A stretch of DNA of 64,000 nucleotides from assembly GCF_018350175.1 (NCBI RefSeq), contig NC_058379.1, positions 16,616,001-16,680,000 on the forward strand. Direction: 5' to 3'. Both the position numbers and the translations under genes were made by a program. The DNA comes from Felis catus (lineage: Eukaryota). How positions within the stretch are numbered: the first letter of the stretch is position 1; the number at the start of each line of letters is the position of its first letter. Below are positions 1 to 12,430 of the stretch, piece by piece. The notes beneath the pieces were generated by a model. It had not been told where the DNA came from and did not search any database. It was given only the letters and a program-made list of their open reading frames with translations.

Positions 1-1261
1 GCAGTGAATCTGGAGGTGAGCTTCACTCAGGAAGTTGAGGGAGCAGGAGGTGCAAACGGCGTTGTCTTTCTCCATCATGATAGTGGTCCCAGCACTGTAT
101 GTATGTGTCCAAACTCATGGGACTCCATACTGAAAAGGGAGAATTTTACTCTATGTAAACCATACTGTAATAACCTGACTTTTGAATGATAAAATAGAAA
201 TAAAATAAAACGAGTATAAAATCCTCCAAAGACGCTAATGTGCTTTGAGTGGGTGATGTCCCCTGAGTGTTTGGGGCCTCTCTGTGCCCTTGCTTCTAGG
301 GTGGCTCTTTCCTCATTCGCCTCTTTATCTTCAGGTTCAGGGCCTGATACTGGGGAAATGTAGATACTGGGGAAATATTTTCCTGCTTTAACGAATGAAT
401 GCGCTAAATAATTCTCTCTACACTCATTTCTCCATCTACAAAATGAGAAATTGATGAAACACTAAGGCAAACATCTATCAACTCAGAGGTCACCTCCTCG
501 GGAAGACTTCCAGGATTTCCTCCCACTCCTGAACTGGATCAGGTGCCTCTTCTGAACTCTCACAGAGTCAGGTTGTATTCTCAGGCCCGTGCTGCCCCTA
601 CTGTATAGGATTTGTCTGCTTCTGTGTGTCATTCATGTGAATACTCAGGTTCTCTGCAGTAGGGTCCAGTCTGTTTTGCTCATCTCTGTGTTCTCAGTGC
701 CTGGCACATAGCAGGTAGAGTATCTGATGGACTAATGATTTAATGCATTTCTAAATTCTGGTCAGAGGTCCAAAACTGGATCATGCTGGTGTTGGCGGAA
801 GCTAAGGGAGTGTCCGAAGCCGCAGAAATGGGCCAGGGTATAGAACCAGGAATTCTGATGCCTCAGAGATTAGTTGAAAGGCCTGACTTCTAGAGCACCT
901 GGAAAGCAATCCTGCCATGACTCGTGCAGGAAATTCACGTCTTCTTCTGCACTAGGTGGCGGGGGGTGGGGAGGGAGGAGAACAGCCAGACTCTGAAAGG
1001 CAGGTGGTTTGGAGGGCGGGCTGGCACTGGGAGCCGCCAATCTGCCTGCGTCTGTTTGGGACTCAGGGTGTGTTGGGACACATGGGGCACATGGATATGG
1101 TCAGCTTCCAGCTCTTCTTCTTAGCTGTCATTCAGCCTCACCAAGCCTCAGTCTCCACATCTGTGTAGTGGGGAAAGTATAATTATACCTACTTCATGTT
1201 TATTCAGAAGGTGAAAGAACATAACGAGGTCAAAGTGCTTGCTATTGTGTAGCTGCTCAAA

Positions 1262-1481
1262 TATTTTATTTTTTAAAAGTTTATTTATTTATTTTGAGAG
1301 AGAGAGAGAGAGAGAGAGCAAGCAGGGGAGGGGCAGAGAGAGAGGGAGAGAGAATTCCAAGCAGGCTCTGAACTATCGGCACAGAGCCTAATGCCATAGT
1401 TGATCCCACGAACCCGGAGATCATGACCTGAGCCGGAATCACGAGTCAGACGTCTAACCGAATGATCCACCCAGGCGCCCC
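1262..1481 (-). mobile_element. Can-SINE (SINEC)
   Basis: Reverse of GGGGCGCCTGGGTGG head, (CT)n body and A-rich tail. Confidence 0.9.
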
Positions 1482-1794
1482 TGCTCAGAAATATTTTAAA
1501 ACGTCGCACATCTTTTCCCTTTTCTCTCGTTTGCTTTTAGCCCTAATTAGAGCTGCCAGTTGTGAGTTTCTAATAATAATATCAACTATCCCTAACACTT
1601 ATTGGGTCCCTGCGGTGTGACAGACACTGTACTGTGCATTTTACATACATTATCTCCCTTCATCTTCATAATCCTTGTAAGGTAGGTTTGTTATTATTCT
1701 CATTTTCCAGAGAGGAAACAGGTTCAGAGAGGTGCAGTGACTTGTCTGAGATCACACAGCCTGTGAATGATAAACCTGGGATGTGAAACATCTG

Positions 1795-1975
1795 TTCATT
1801 TGAGGGTGCACCATAATCCCCTAGAGGGCTTGTTCAAACACAGATTGCTGGGCCCCACCCCTAAATTTGTGACGCAGCAGGTCTGGGGTGGAGCTTGAGA
1901 ATTTGCATTTCTAGCAAGTTCCCAGGTTGATACTGCGGCTGCTGGTTCTGCAGCGCACTTTGAGAACCGCTGCCT
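1795..1975. mobile_element. MER5A-like hAT-Charlie DNA transposon inserted in a MIR
   Basis: cagattgctgggccccacccc...gaatttgcatttctagcaagttcccagg...ctttgagaaccgctg. Confidence 0.7.
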
Positions 1976-3105
1976 AATCCCAGGATTTCTCCACTGTCAT
2001 TATCCCACTTAGGCATGTTGTGTCACGTCCAGCCTGTCCTATTACAATAGGCTCGATTCAAAGAATTTGAAGTCTAATACAGTTCATCTAGCACTTGGCA
2101 TATGTGACTGTATATTCTTAATTAACTCTTAAAAAAACTTTCACCCATTTTAAAGGTGCAAAAAAAAAAAAAAAGGATCTAAAGAAGCAGAAGGAAGGAC
2201 AGAATCTAGTTTGGTCTTGCAGATTACTCAGAGAATGACTTTTTGTTCTACGAGGTGGTATAGTAGAAGCTTTCTGGATTAACTAACTCACTGGATTAAG
2301 AACTCCCTGAGACTAGTTCACCTGATTAAACAACACTCATCTTGCCTACTGCAAAACCCAGAACGATGCAATGCCCACAGCAGCTGGAGGACCCATTTCT
2401 GGTGTGACCAGCCACTAACTCCTCCTCCTGACTTAATGATGTGACTGTGTGCTTACCAAGAGTCAGCTGGGTTGGTGCTTCAATTTACTACTGTTATTAA
2501 ATCACGTAGTTGTATGTGACAAATTGATAACAGAGAAGTGGGAGAAGAAAACTGATGTTTCTATAAACACAATAGAATGCTCTGGAAAGATTCTTTACAA
2601 GTTAGTTGGTACATGTCTTTATACAATTGTCCGAACGCACAGAATGCACTATACTAAGAATGAAGCCTAATGTAAACTATGGACCTTGTGTGATGATGAT
2701 GTGTCAGTGTAGTTTCATCAGTTGGAAGAAATGTACTACGCTGGTGGGGGATGTTGATAGTGGAGGAGGCTATGCACGGAAAGGGGGAAGGGAGAATATG
2801 AGCAATCCCTGTATCTTTTGCTAATAATTGCTGTGAATCTAAAACCTCTCTAAAAAACAAAATCAATAAGAAAGAAAAGAAAGAAGCAAAGCCCCAGCGT
2901 GACCCCAGCTATGATCTTATCGTATAAGTAAAAAATAAACTTTTGTCATGGGCCACTGGTTGTGGGGACAGTTAGTTGGGTCAGGTGTGGCCTAGACAAT
3001 GAAAGATTATTGGATGGGGAGGGGAATGGGAATAGGGGTGGAGTTCTAAAATTCTGGACAGCTGGGGCCTTCAGAGCTACATCAACTTTTAAGAAGCCCA
3101 AACTA

Positions 3106-3612
3106 GGGGGCACCTGGATGGCTCAGTTGGTCAAGCACCCGACTTGATTTCTGCTCAGGTCATGATCTCACGGTTCATAAGAGAGATCAAGCCCTGAGTC
3201 CCGAGTCGGGCTCTGTGCTGACAGCATGGAGCCGCTTGGGATTCTCTCTCTTCCTCTGTCTCTCTCTCTCAAAATAATTAAAACTCTGACGACAACAACA
3301 AAAAGCCCAAACTAGAACTCAGGAGAGTGGTTCACGTAAGAAGGATGTGGGGAAACTCTAACCAGCTGGCTCATATCCTATCGGGCTCAAAGACAAGGCT
3401 TTGGGGGTGCCTGGCTGGCTCAGTCGGTTGAGCGTCCGACTTCAGCTCGGGTCATGATCTCACAGTCCCTGAGTTCGAGCCCCGCGTCGGGCTCTGTGCT
3501 GACAGCTCAGGGCCTGGAGCCTGCTTCAGATTCTGTGTCTCCCTCTCTCTTTGCTCCTCCCCTGCTCACACTCTCTCAAAAATAAATAAAGATTAAAAAA
3601 AATTTTAAAAAA
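3106..3612 (+). mobile_element. Two Can-SINEs (~3106-3302, ~3403-3612)
   Basis: tRNA-like heads and A tails; TSDs aagcccaaacta and aaagacaaggcttt. Confidence 0.9.
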
Positions 3613-6119
3613 AGACAAGGCTTTGGCCCTACATCAAAAGATTGGTGAATGAATATATAACAATAGGTTTTTACATTAAGATAGAATATTTAAGAGTTGT
3701 ATTATTTTGATCATTTCCTGTTTCAATGGACTTTCTTAATAAATGTAACAGCTTCTCATGTGATCAGATTCGGTAAGAGCTCCTACTACCGAATATTTTT
3801 TATTAGAAAAAAGAGGGAGGAGATTGTGCAGTTCTTAATTATTTATTGATTTCTATTTCCTCTCTCTCCAGCCAAAAATATCTAATATTGGCACAGCACT
3901 TTGCAGTTTATAAAACACTTCCAAGTCTATTTATTTCTCACAACTACTCTGGACAGCAGGAGTTTTTAGCCTCTTTCTACAGGTTGGGATAATGAGGTTC
4001 AGAAAAGGGAAACAAAGGCTTTGAGTAAAGTAGGGCATTCAAACTGGGGCAAGAACTTAGACTTAATCGAAGAGCCTAACTTACTCCTAGGGCATTGTGT
4101 TAGCAAAGGAATCAGAATACGAGCCCTAAGCCTTTAACAGTTGAGAAGAAGATGCCTTGGGGTGGGAGGTAGGGGTTAAGGAATAGAGACTGTGTTTGGT
4201 TTGCTTCTGGATCCTGGCACATAGTAGGCCCTTGGAAAATATTCAAGGCTTGTTTGAAGAGATGAGGAATGAATGAACGAATGGAGGGATGGATGGATGG
4301 ATGGATGAATGAATGAATGGATAAAGAAACTTGGAGCAAGTCCCCTTCTCTCTCTGGTCTCAGTTTCCCCATCTTCAACTTGAAAGCTAGAGTTCTTTTC
4401 CTTAGGAAAATGAACAGACACACACAATTTTGTACTCTATTTCTGGATGTTCATAGAACACCCTCCTAAACCCCCATTATAGATTCCCTAGGAGAGGATA
4501 GATCCATGGAGCTCTGAGTAGGAAGCTCCTGAATTTGAGGATCTGAGGTCCCTTCTAGCTCTGATGTTAATAGTTGTAATGATAACAACAACAACGATGA
4601 TAATAGGATCCAGAAGTTTTGGGACACTGACCCAGGGCCAGGCACTGTGCTAAAAGCTTTGCCTCATTTCATTTCTCCAAAGCCCGATGATGCTGGCATT
4701 ATTATTATCATCTCTGTTCTACAGATGAAGACATTGAGGCTTAAAGGGACTAAATAAGCTGCTCACGTTGTAAGGCAGGAAGTAGAATCTTTAGTTTCCA
4801 ATTTAGCACTCAGGGCACAGAACCTCAGCACTCTCCTACCTCCATTCCAGGAGAGAATAAACCTATGACCTCCATGTGGCTATTTCAAGGCCAAACTCAA
4901 GTTGCTGTATTTGGAGAACCTATTATAAGGTAGGCAGCCATTCATTCATTCAAGCATTCATTCAACAATCATGTATGAACACTTCCTAGGTGCCAGGCAC
5001 AGACTTGCTTTTGGGGGTTCACAGAGATGATGGTCCCTGCCCGCAAGCATATAATTGTTTATTTTACCCTTCCTCTGATGCCCCTCATACCAGAATCACC
5101 GTGTGAGCAGTAACGGTGTAGATTCTCAGGCCCTACTCCAGTCTCTGGAATCACTCTCTGTGGTTGGAGCCTGGGAATCTGCATCTTACAAGCTCCCCAG
5201 GTGACTCTTAGATGCAGAGGTGTGGGAACCCCTGGGTAGTGGGCGGGGTGACCTAGATAAGCAAACAAGCAATCACTGCACGGAGAAAAGTTATCTACAG
5301 GGATTGTGGGGGTTGCCAGGGAAGGCTTCTTGGAGGAGGTGACCTTTAAGATGAAATCTGAGAAATGAGCAGGAGTGAATTGGGCAAGAGGTAGGGGTAA
5401 GAGACACAGCAAAGAAGAAGCCAGTCTCTGCCCTTAGGGAGTTCACAGTCAGGGAAAGCAGAGAGGAGGGTACCATCTAGCAGAATGATGAGCCCAGGGG
5501 CCTGTGGGAACGTGAAAGAGGCGCCTGGCTTAGCCTGAGGAATCAGAAGACTTTGCAGAGGAAGTGACTGTTTTCCAATGCTTTCTCAGATGGAAGCATC
5601 TGTTTCATCCCTTCTTGGGTGAAGAAAATGGGCGTGGAAGAGAATCCCAGCTGACCGGGAGGTGTAGTCTCCCAGGACGTTAGAGGCCTCTCTTATCAGC
5701 CGACTAATGGTGGGCGGAAGCTGATCATCCTCTAATCTGGATGCTGTTTTCACCTCCATTGTCAATGCTGAGCCTTTGTTTGTTTGAACTAAGGCCTTCT
5801 ATCTAGAGTCCTTAGTGCCCAGCAGCAAATGGTGACATTTGAATAAGTGGAGGAGAATTCCTTTGTAAAAGGCCCCGAAGAACACCTGCTCCTTAGATCC
5901 ACCCTATTACTCTCCTTGTGGTCCCCCTTGATACCTCATATTAAGAGAGTAGTAGGATTCTGGCCCTGCTTAGCCTGCAGTCCACCCTCAGCCACTTTCT
6001 AGTTACCTGTCCTTGGACACATGTTACTGGACCTTCTAATGCCTCAATTCCTCCTCTGGTAAAGGAGGCTAATAATGGTACCTATGAAAACCAAAGAGAA
6101 CCTATAAAAACCGAAGAGA

Positions 6120-6165
6120 TTTTTAAAATTTTTTAAAAATGTATTTATTTTGAGAGAGAGAGAAC

Positions 6166-6219
<54 letters not shown>

Positions 6220-7140
6220 CAAGCAGGCTCCACACTGTCAGTGCAGAGCCCGATGCAGGGCTCGAACTCACGAACCCCAAGATCATGACCTGAGCTGAAG
6301 CTGGACGCTCAACCAAATGAACCACGGGTGCCCCAAGATTTTTTTTTTTTTTTAGAATAGAATGAACTTTCCTGTGAAATGCTCAGAAGAGTGCTTAGCA
6401 CACAGAAGGACCAAGAAAATGTTGGGTTTAGCATTCAGGCCCCAAAGAACAGTGCAAAGTGTTGGGCATACAACAACAAGAGACAAATTAAATGCCTTCA
6501 TAGAACTTACACTCTAACGGAAGAGATGAAGAACAAACCAAACTAAATAAACAGATTATGATTTGTGCTATTAGAAAAATGATACTTGAAGGGCACCTGC
6601 TGACTCAGCCAGAAGAGTGTGAGACTCTTAATCTCGGGTTGTGAGTTCAAGCCCCATGTTGGGTTAGACATTACCTAAATAAATAAACTTAAAAAATGTT
6701 TTGAGCGCCTGGGTGGCTCAGTCTGTTAAACGTGTGACTCTTGATTTTGACTGAGGTCATGATCTCACAGCTTCGGAGCCTGTCATTGGATTCTGCCCTG
6801 ACCCTGTGGAGTCCACTAGGGATTCTCCCTCTCTCTCTCTCTCTGCCTCTCCCTCACTTGCGCTCTCTCTGTCTCTCTCAAAATAAATAAATAAACTTAA
6901 AAAGAAAGCTTAAGGGGCGCCTGGGTGGCTCAGTCAGTTAAGTGTCTGACTTCAGCTCACGTCATGATCTCACGGCTTCTGAGTTCGAGCCCTGCATCGG
7001 GTTCTGTGCTGACAGCTCAGAACCTGGAGCCTGCTTTGGATTCTGTGTCTCCCCCTCTTTCTGCCCCTCCCCACCATCTCAAAAATAAATAAACCTTAAG
7101 GAAAAAAAAGCTTAAAATCTTTCTTAAAAAAAAAAAAAAG
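6120..7140. mobile_element. Can-SINE cluster (one minus copy 6120-6334; three plus copies 6590-7140)
   Basis: Repeated GGTGGCTCAGT...GGTCATGATCTC heads; TSD aaagcttaa around the 6914-7100 copy. Confidence 0.85.
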
Positions 7141-7541
7141 AAAGATACTTGTGATAAAGACAAAGGGATTCCTTTAAAGAAAGTGACCAGGCAAGGCCTC
7201 TCCTGGAAGGCTGATATTTAAGGGGAGACATACCCTGTGACAGCTAGGGAAGAGGGTTCCTGGCAGAGGGTACAGCAATTGCAAAGGCCCTGAGGTTGGA
7301 TGAAGTTGGCTTGTTCAACGAACAGAAAGCCAGGCAGCTGGAGTGTGACACAGGAAGTGATGAAGGCAAGATATGAACCTGGGTTCAATAAGACCAGGAA
7401 TTTTATCAAGTGCTTTAATTTCACCACTTTGCAACAAGGTTCAAGTTCATTCAATGTTCACAAACGTGAATAGAGACCTAGAGTCTGACTGAAGTGGGAG
7501 AATGGCCTCGATCACAGGTGAGGTTTATTTTACTTATTTTT

Positions 7542-8195
7542 TTTTTTAATTTTTTTTCAACGTTTATTTATTTTTGGGACAGAGAGAGACAGAGCATGAA
7601 CGGGGGAGGGGCAGAGAGAGAGGGAGACACAGAATCGGAAACAGGCTCCAGGCTCTGAGCCATCAGCCCAGAGCCCGACGCGGGGCTCAAACTCAGGGAC
7701 CGCGAGATCGTGACCTGGCTGAAGTCGGACGCTTAACCGACTGCGCCACCCAGGCGCCCCTATTTTACTTATTTTTAATTTTTTTTATGTTTATTTACTT
7801 TGCAGGGGGAGGGGAGAGAGAGAGGGAGACAGAGAATCCAAAGTAGGATCCACGCACGGTCAGGGCCTGGGGTGGGGCTCGAACCCACAAACCGCAAGAT
7901 CATGACCTGAGCTGAAGTCAGTAGCTCAACCAACTGAGCCACTCAGGCACCCTCACAGGTGAGGTTTATTTATTTTTTTAATGTTTTTAATGTTTATTTA
8001 TTTATTTTTGAGACAGAGAGAGACAGAGCATGAATGGGGGAGGGTCAGGGAGAGAGGGAGACATAGAATCGGAAGCAGGCTCCAGGCTCTGAGCTGTCAG
8101 CACAGAGCCGGACGTGGGGCTTGAACTCACGGACCATGAGATCATGACCTGAGCCGAAGTCGGACACTTAACCGACTGAGCCACCCAGGCGCCCC
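7542..8195 (-). mobile_element. Three stacked Can-SINEs including a young SINEC_Fc-type copy (7542-7760)
   Basis: Three heads ending at ~7760, 7952 and 8195; repeated TSDs (see findings). Confidence 0.9.
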
Positions 8196-9949
8196 TCACG
8201 GGTGAGGTTTAAATAGACCTCTCCACCATAGTCATTTGTACCAATGTCTGCCAACTTCAACACAGGTAATGGTAGGAACAATGCCATGTGCATAACGGGG
8301 GGGGGGGGGGGGGGGGAAGCAGATGGGGGCTAGAAATTAAGGAGAGGAACTGACCATGGGCAGGCCAGGCTCCCTTCTCTTCCTCCCCTGCAAAGGCTAC
8401 AAATAGAAACAAGGTTATAGGTGCCATTTAAATCAAACAATAGCTCTATAGGGTGGGCCCATGGGGGACTTCTAACTTATTTCTGTCTGAAGTTTTTACG
8501 ACAGGCATATATTTTTTTGTCATTAGAAGAAGAACAACAGCAAAATAATAATAAAAATCTTCAAGGTAAAAAAAAAATTTTTTTAGAACAATTAGTATTT
8601 GTTACTGTGCTGCCTGTCATGAGAAATGCAGACATAGGGGTGTGGCAATTGCCTGGCTACAGCTTAAGCTATAGCTATGGAGTGCAGGAAGCTGTCAGAT
8701 GAAAACAGAAATATGACATTATATTGCATGGTAGAGAGTAAAAGTTGTGTTGAAATTTAAAGAACAAAAATCACTTTGTTTAAGAAATATTGATAAAGCG
8801 CTGTGTTTGGTGTTGATACATACAGGAGTAAGCAAGATATATAAGGTCTCTGCTGGCACGGAGCCCCCGGGCTATTTAGAAGTTAGGGAGATGGGGAGTG
8901 GAAAGAGCACTCCTGGCAGAGGGAACAGCATGGGCAAAGGCCCCGAGTTTGGAAATAAAAACAGAAACAGAAACAGAAAGAAAACTAGCTCAGAGGCTGA
9001 ATTGAGGTACCTTTGTGAAAATAGTGGAGATGGGCAGTGATTGTATCCTTCAGGATGGTGGAGTGCGAATAAGTGTTTTAACCTAAGGGAACAGGAAGCC
9101 ATTGAAGGGTGGCAAAGTGGAGTGGTGGTATAGTCAGGGTTGTACTTCGGAAGGGTCACCCTGGCTGCTATGTGGAGAAGAGACTGGAGGCAGTGAAGCT
9201 GTAAAGAAAGAGATCAGCCTGGAGGCTACTGCAATCGTCCAGGGGAGAAAGGGTAGTGGCCATGACCAAAGCAGGGATGGAGAAGATGAGACATTTCTAA
9301 GGTAAAACCCAGTTAGTTAGTGGTTGACTGGATGCAAGGATGAAGGAGAGGGAGACAACGAGAAAGACTGATCCCTACTTTGTTAGCATGGGGACTACAT
9401 GGATGGTGGCGCTGTTGTCAGGCTTCCTAACCAATGGCAAGAGATGCCTGAAATTAATAACCTAACAGGAGAGCCAGGCAGGGAGACAACCATCCATCAC
9501 ACGCAGTATAATGAACTGTGCAAGAAGAGAGAGGCCGGCAGGGCCTCTGGGGGCAAAAGAAGGAGGGCGGATGGATTCTGGCTGGGGAGCCTCAAAGGGC
9601 GAAGAGATCACAATAGAGGGAGCAGTTGGGGAGAAGCTGGAGACAAGAGGCTGGGAAGATGGCATATGATATGGAGCTTGGAGAAGACCTAGGCGGTTGA
9701 GACCCAAAGTGGGCAGAGATGCCTCCAGGAGGCCCTACGTGCCTATCAGAGGACTCCCACTTTGTTCTAGAAGAAGAGGACTTGGTCCTTCCTGCATTTT
9801 AGAAAATCAGTGGTATGTAAGAAGCAGTAAAAATAGGTGATTGTCTATGCACAGAATATCTCTAGAGGATTCATCAGAAATCTTTAGTATGCTAACCTTC
9901 TTTGTAGCGAAACTGGGTGGCTGGAGGACAGGGATGGGAGGTGGCTTTT

Positions 9950-9953
9950 CTAT

Positions 9954-10004
<51 letters not shown>

Positions 10005-10025
10005 CTTACTTACTTACTTACTTAC
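9950..10025. repeat. (TTTA)n/(CTTA)n microsatellite
   Basis: Directly visible tetranucleotide repeat. Confidence 0.95.
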
Positions 10026-10199
10026 TGTAATGTGAGCCATGTAGATGTATAATACTTCAATAGTTTACTAAGAAAAAAGCATGTACTGGGGGATGCCTGG
10101 CTGGCTCAGTCATTGGGGCATGCAACTCTTGACCTCAGGGTTGTGAGTTCAAGCCCCATGTTGGGGTTAGAGCTTACTTAAAAAAAAAAAAAAATGAAC

Positions 10200-10430
10200 T
10201 GGTGGAATGCAGAGACTGGAGTCAGACAGCCATGCATTTGAATCTTGGCTCTGTCAAGTTTGTCTTTAGTTGTGTCAGTTTTTGCTTCTTTGAGGCCCAG
10301 TTTTCTCATCTGTAAAATGGGGATAATAGTACTTCTTACTTTATGGGTCGTTGGAAGAATTAAATGAGATAATATATGTCGAGTGCCAACACTGCAGTAA
10401 GGATAGGTTAAATAGATGCTATTAGTATTA
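10200..10430 (+). mobile_element. MIR
   Basis: ctggagtcagac...cagttttctcatctgtaaaatggggataatagta core. Confidence 0.8.
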
Positions 10431-11394
10431 ATCATTTAATGGTAAGTTAAATGAGCACACACCTGCTCCAAGGGTAATCTCAGTTTGACATACAGAGGTG
10501 GGTCAAGGGAAGTGATTGGAATCAAACACAGTTGAGGTCTGTCTCTTTAAGTGAGCACTACCTCTCTAAGCCACAATGACCCTCCACTGCAAAATGGGGA
10601 TGCTAACACAACTCCCTCCTAAGATCAAAGAGCTACTGGGTGGGGACAGTCAACGCCAAGTGCAGCGCCATGTGAGGTATGAGTTCTGAAGATGAAGATT
10701 TTCAGACTGATCTCTCTTTCTCTCCCCTCATCCCCCATCCCCGGACCCAGGGGGCCTTTCAGTCTCTCTGCTCTGCCCTCCACTAAAAGGTGGTTGGGAG
10801 AGGTGTGGACATTCTCTAGGTAGTGAAGTTTTTCTCTTTTTGTTCAAATCCAGGGAAGAAACAGAGAAAGTTTCAAAGGCAAGGCCCTAAGGAGGAGGCC
10901 TGAGCCTAAGGCCGGCGCCCTCTATCCTTCTCCCAGGTTCCCCCTCTCTCTCTCCTTCAAGGATCCTGAGACCAGCAGCCACGTTGAAGGTCGCAGGCAC
11001 ATCTCCAGCCAGACTCATGGGCGGTGCCCGCACATGCGGAGCCTGCCACCCACAGGGAGAGAGCGGTACTGCAGGCGCGGGTGCCAGAGAAGCCCCCATC
11101 CAGTCCCGTTTGTGTCAATGTTTGTTGAGCGCCTTTTCCGCACCAGGCGAAGGGGTCCCTGTCCTCATGGGGTTTACAGTCTGATGAGACAAATACCAGC
11201 AACAGAAGTGGTGATAGCAACTTCATCATTTGCTTTTTGGTGAAAGCCTTTGTTTTTATAACACAAGTAACATATATTGTAGTAAATTTTAAAAGAAAAC
11301 GAATACCCAGACATTACTTCTGTTAACATATGAGTTAAAAATCCTTACAGTATTTTTGTGCATTTTACAAAAAAAAAAGGGAAACACACATTTC

Positions 11395-11807
11395 TTTAAA
11401 AAAAATTTTTTTAATGTTTATTTTTGAGAAGAGACAGCACAAGTGGGGGAGGGGCAGAGAGAGAGAGACACAGAACCTGAAGTAGACTCCAGGCTCTGTG
11501 CTGACAACTCAGAGCCTGACTCAGGGCTCAAACCCATGAACATTGAGATCATGACCTGAGCTGCAGTCGGATGCTTAACCGACTGAGCCACCCAGGAGCC
11601 CGGGAAATACACATTTCATAGTATTTTGTAGCCTGCTTTGTTGTGTTCAACAGCTTTTTTGAGATATGTTTCACATAATATACACCAGCTTTGCTTTCAA
11701 CTTAACAGTGGACGGTTAACAATAATATAAATTACCATTTGTTGAGCAAGGTGCTGAGATTTTTTTAAGCTTATTTATTTTGAGAGAAAGAGTGTGAGCA
11801 GGGGAGG

Positions 11808-11863
<56 letters not shown>

Positions 11864-12430
11864 CCTTAGCAGGCTCTGTGCCATAAACATGGAGCCTGAT
11901 CTGATTCGGGGCTCAAACCCACAAACCCTGAGATCATGACCTGAGCTAAAACCAAGAGTTGGTCGCTTAACCAACTGAGCCACCCAGGCACCCCCTGAGG
12001 TTTTTTTTTACACACATCGTCACATTCAGTCCTCCCCAAAACTATAGTAGGTAAGTACTAATATCTTTTTCATTCTGAAATGAAGAAACCAAGATACAGA
12101 AAAGGCGAGTGAGAGCTGCCTGGCTGGCTCAATCAATGGAGTGATATACTCTTGATTTTGGGGTTTGGATTGTGAGTTTGAGCCCCATGTTGGGCATAGA
12201 GTCTACATGAGAGGAAAAAAAAAAAAAGGAGCGGGGAGTGATTTGTCTGGTAAAAGCAGCAGAACCAGGATTTTAACCCAGCCTTATCTGAGAACCTAAA
12301 GTTTTTGTTTTGTTTTGTTTTTTAAGTTTTTGGTGTGTTTTAGTAATTGCTACACCCAACATGGGCTCAAACCCACCCCCTGATTTCAAGAGTCTCATGC
12401 TCTTCCAACTGAAGCATCTAAGCACCCTGA
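11395..12430. mobile_element. Can-SINE cluster (11395-11600 -, 11760-11995 -, 12113-12228 +, 12300-12430 -) with (GA)n tract 11810-11860
   Basis: SINE heads and tails; TSD gggaaa(c/t)acacattt around the first copy. Confidence 0.8.

Noticed and set aside
7574-7846. Recurrent ORFs such as MGQRETEHERGRG... and ...WVAQSVKRPTSAQVMIS...
   Set aside because: Translations of Can-SINE consensus, not a gene family.
8297-8316. Poly-G run of ~20 nt
   Set aside because: G4-capable, but no functional context and a possible sequencing artefact.
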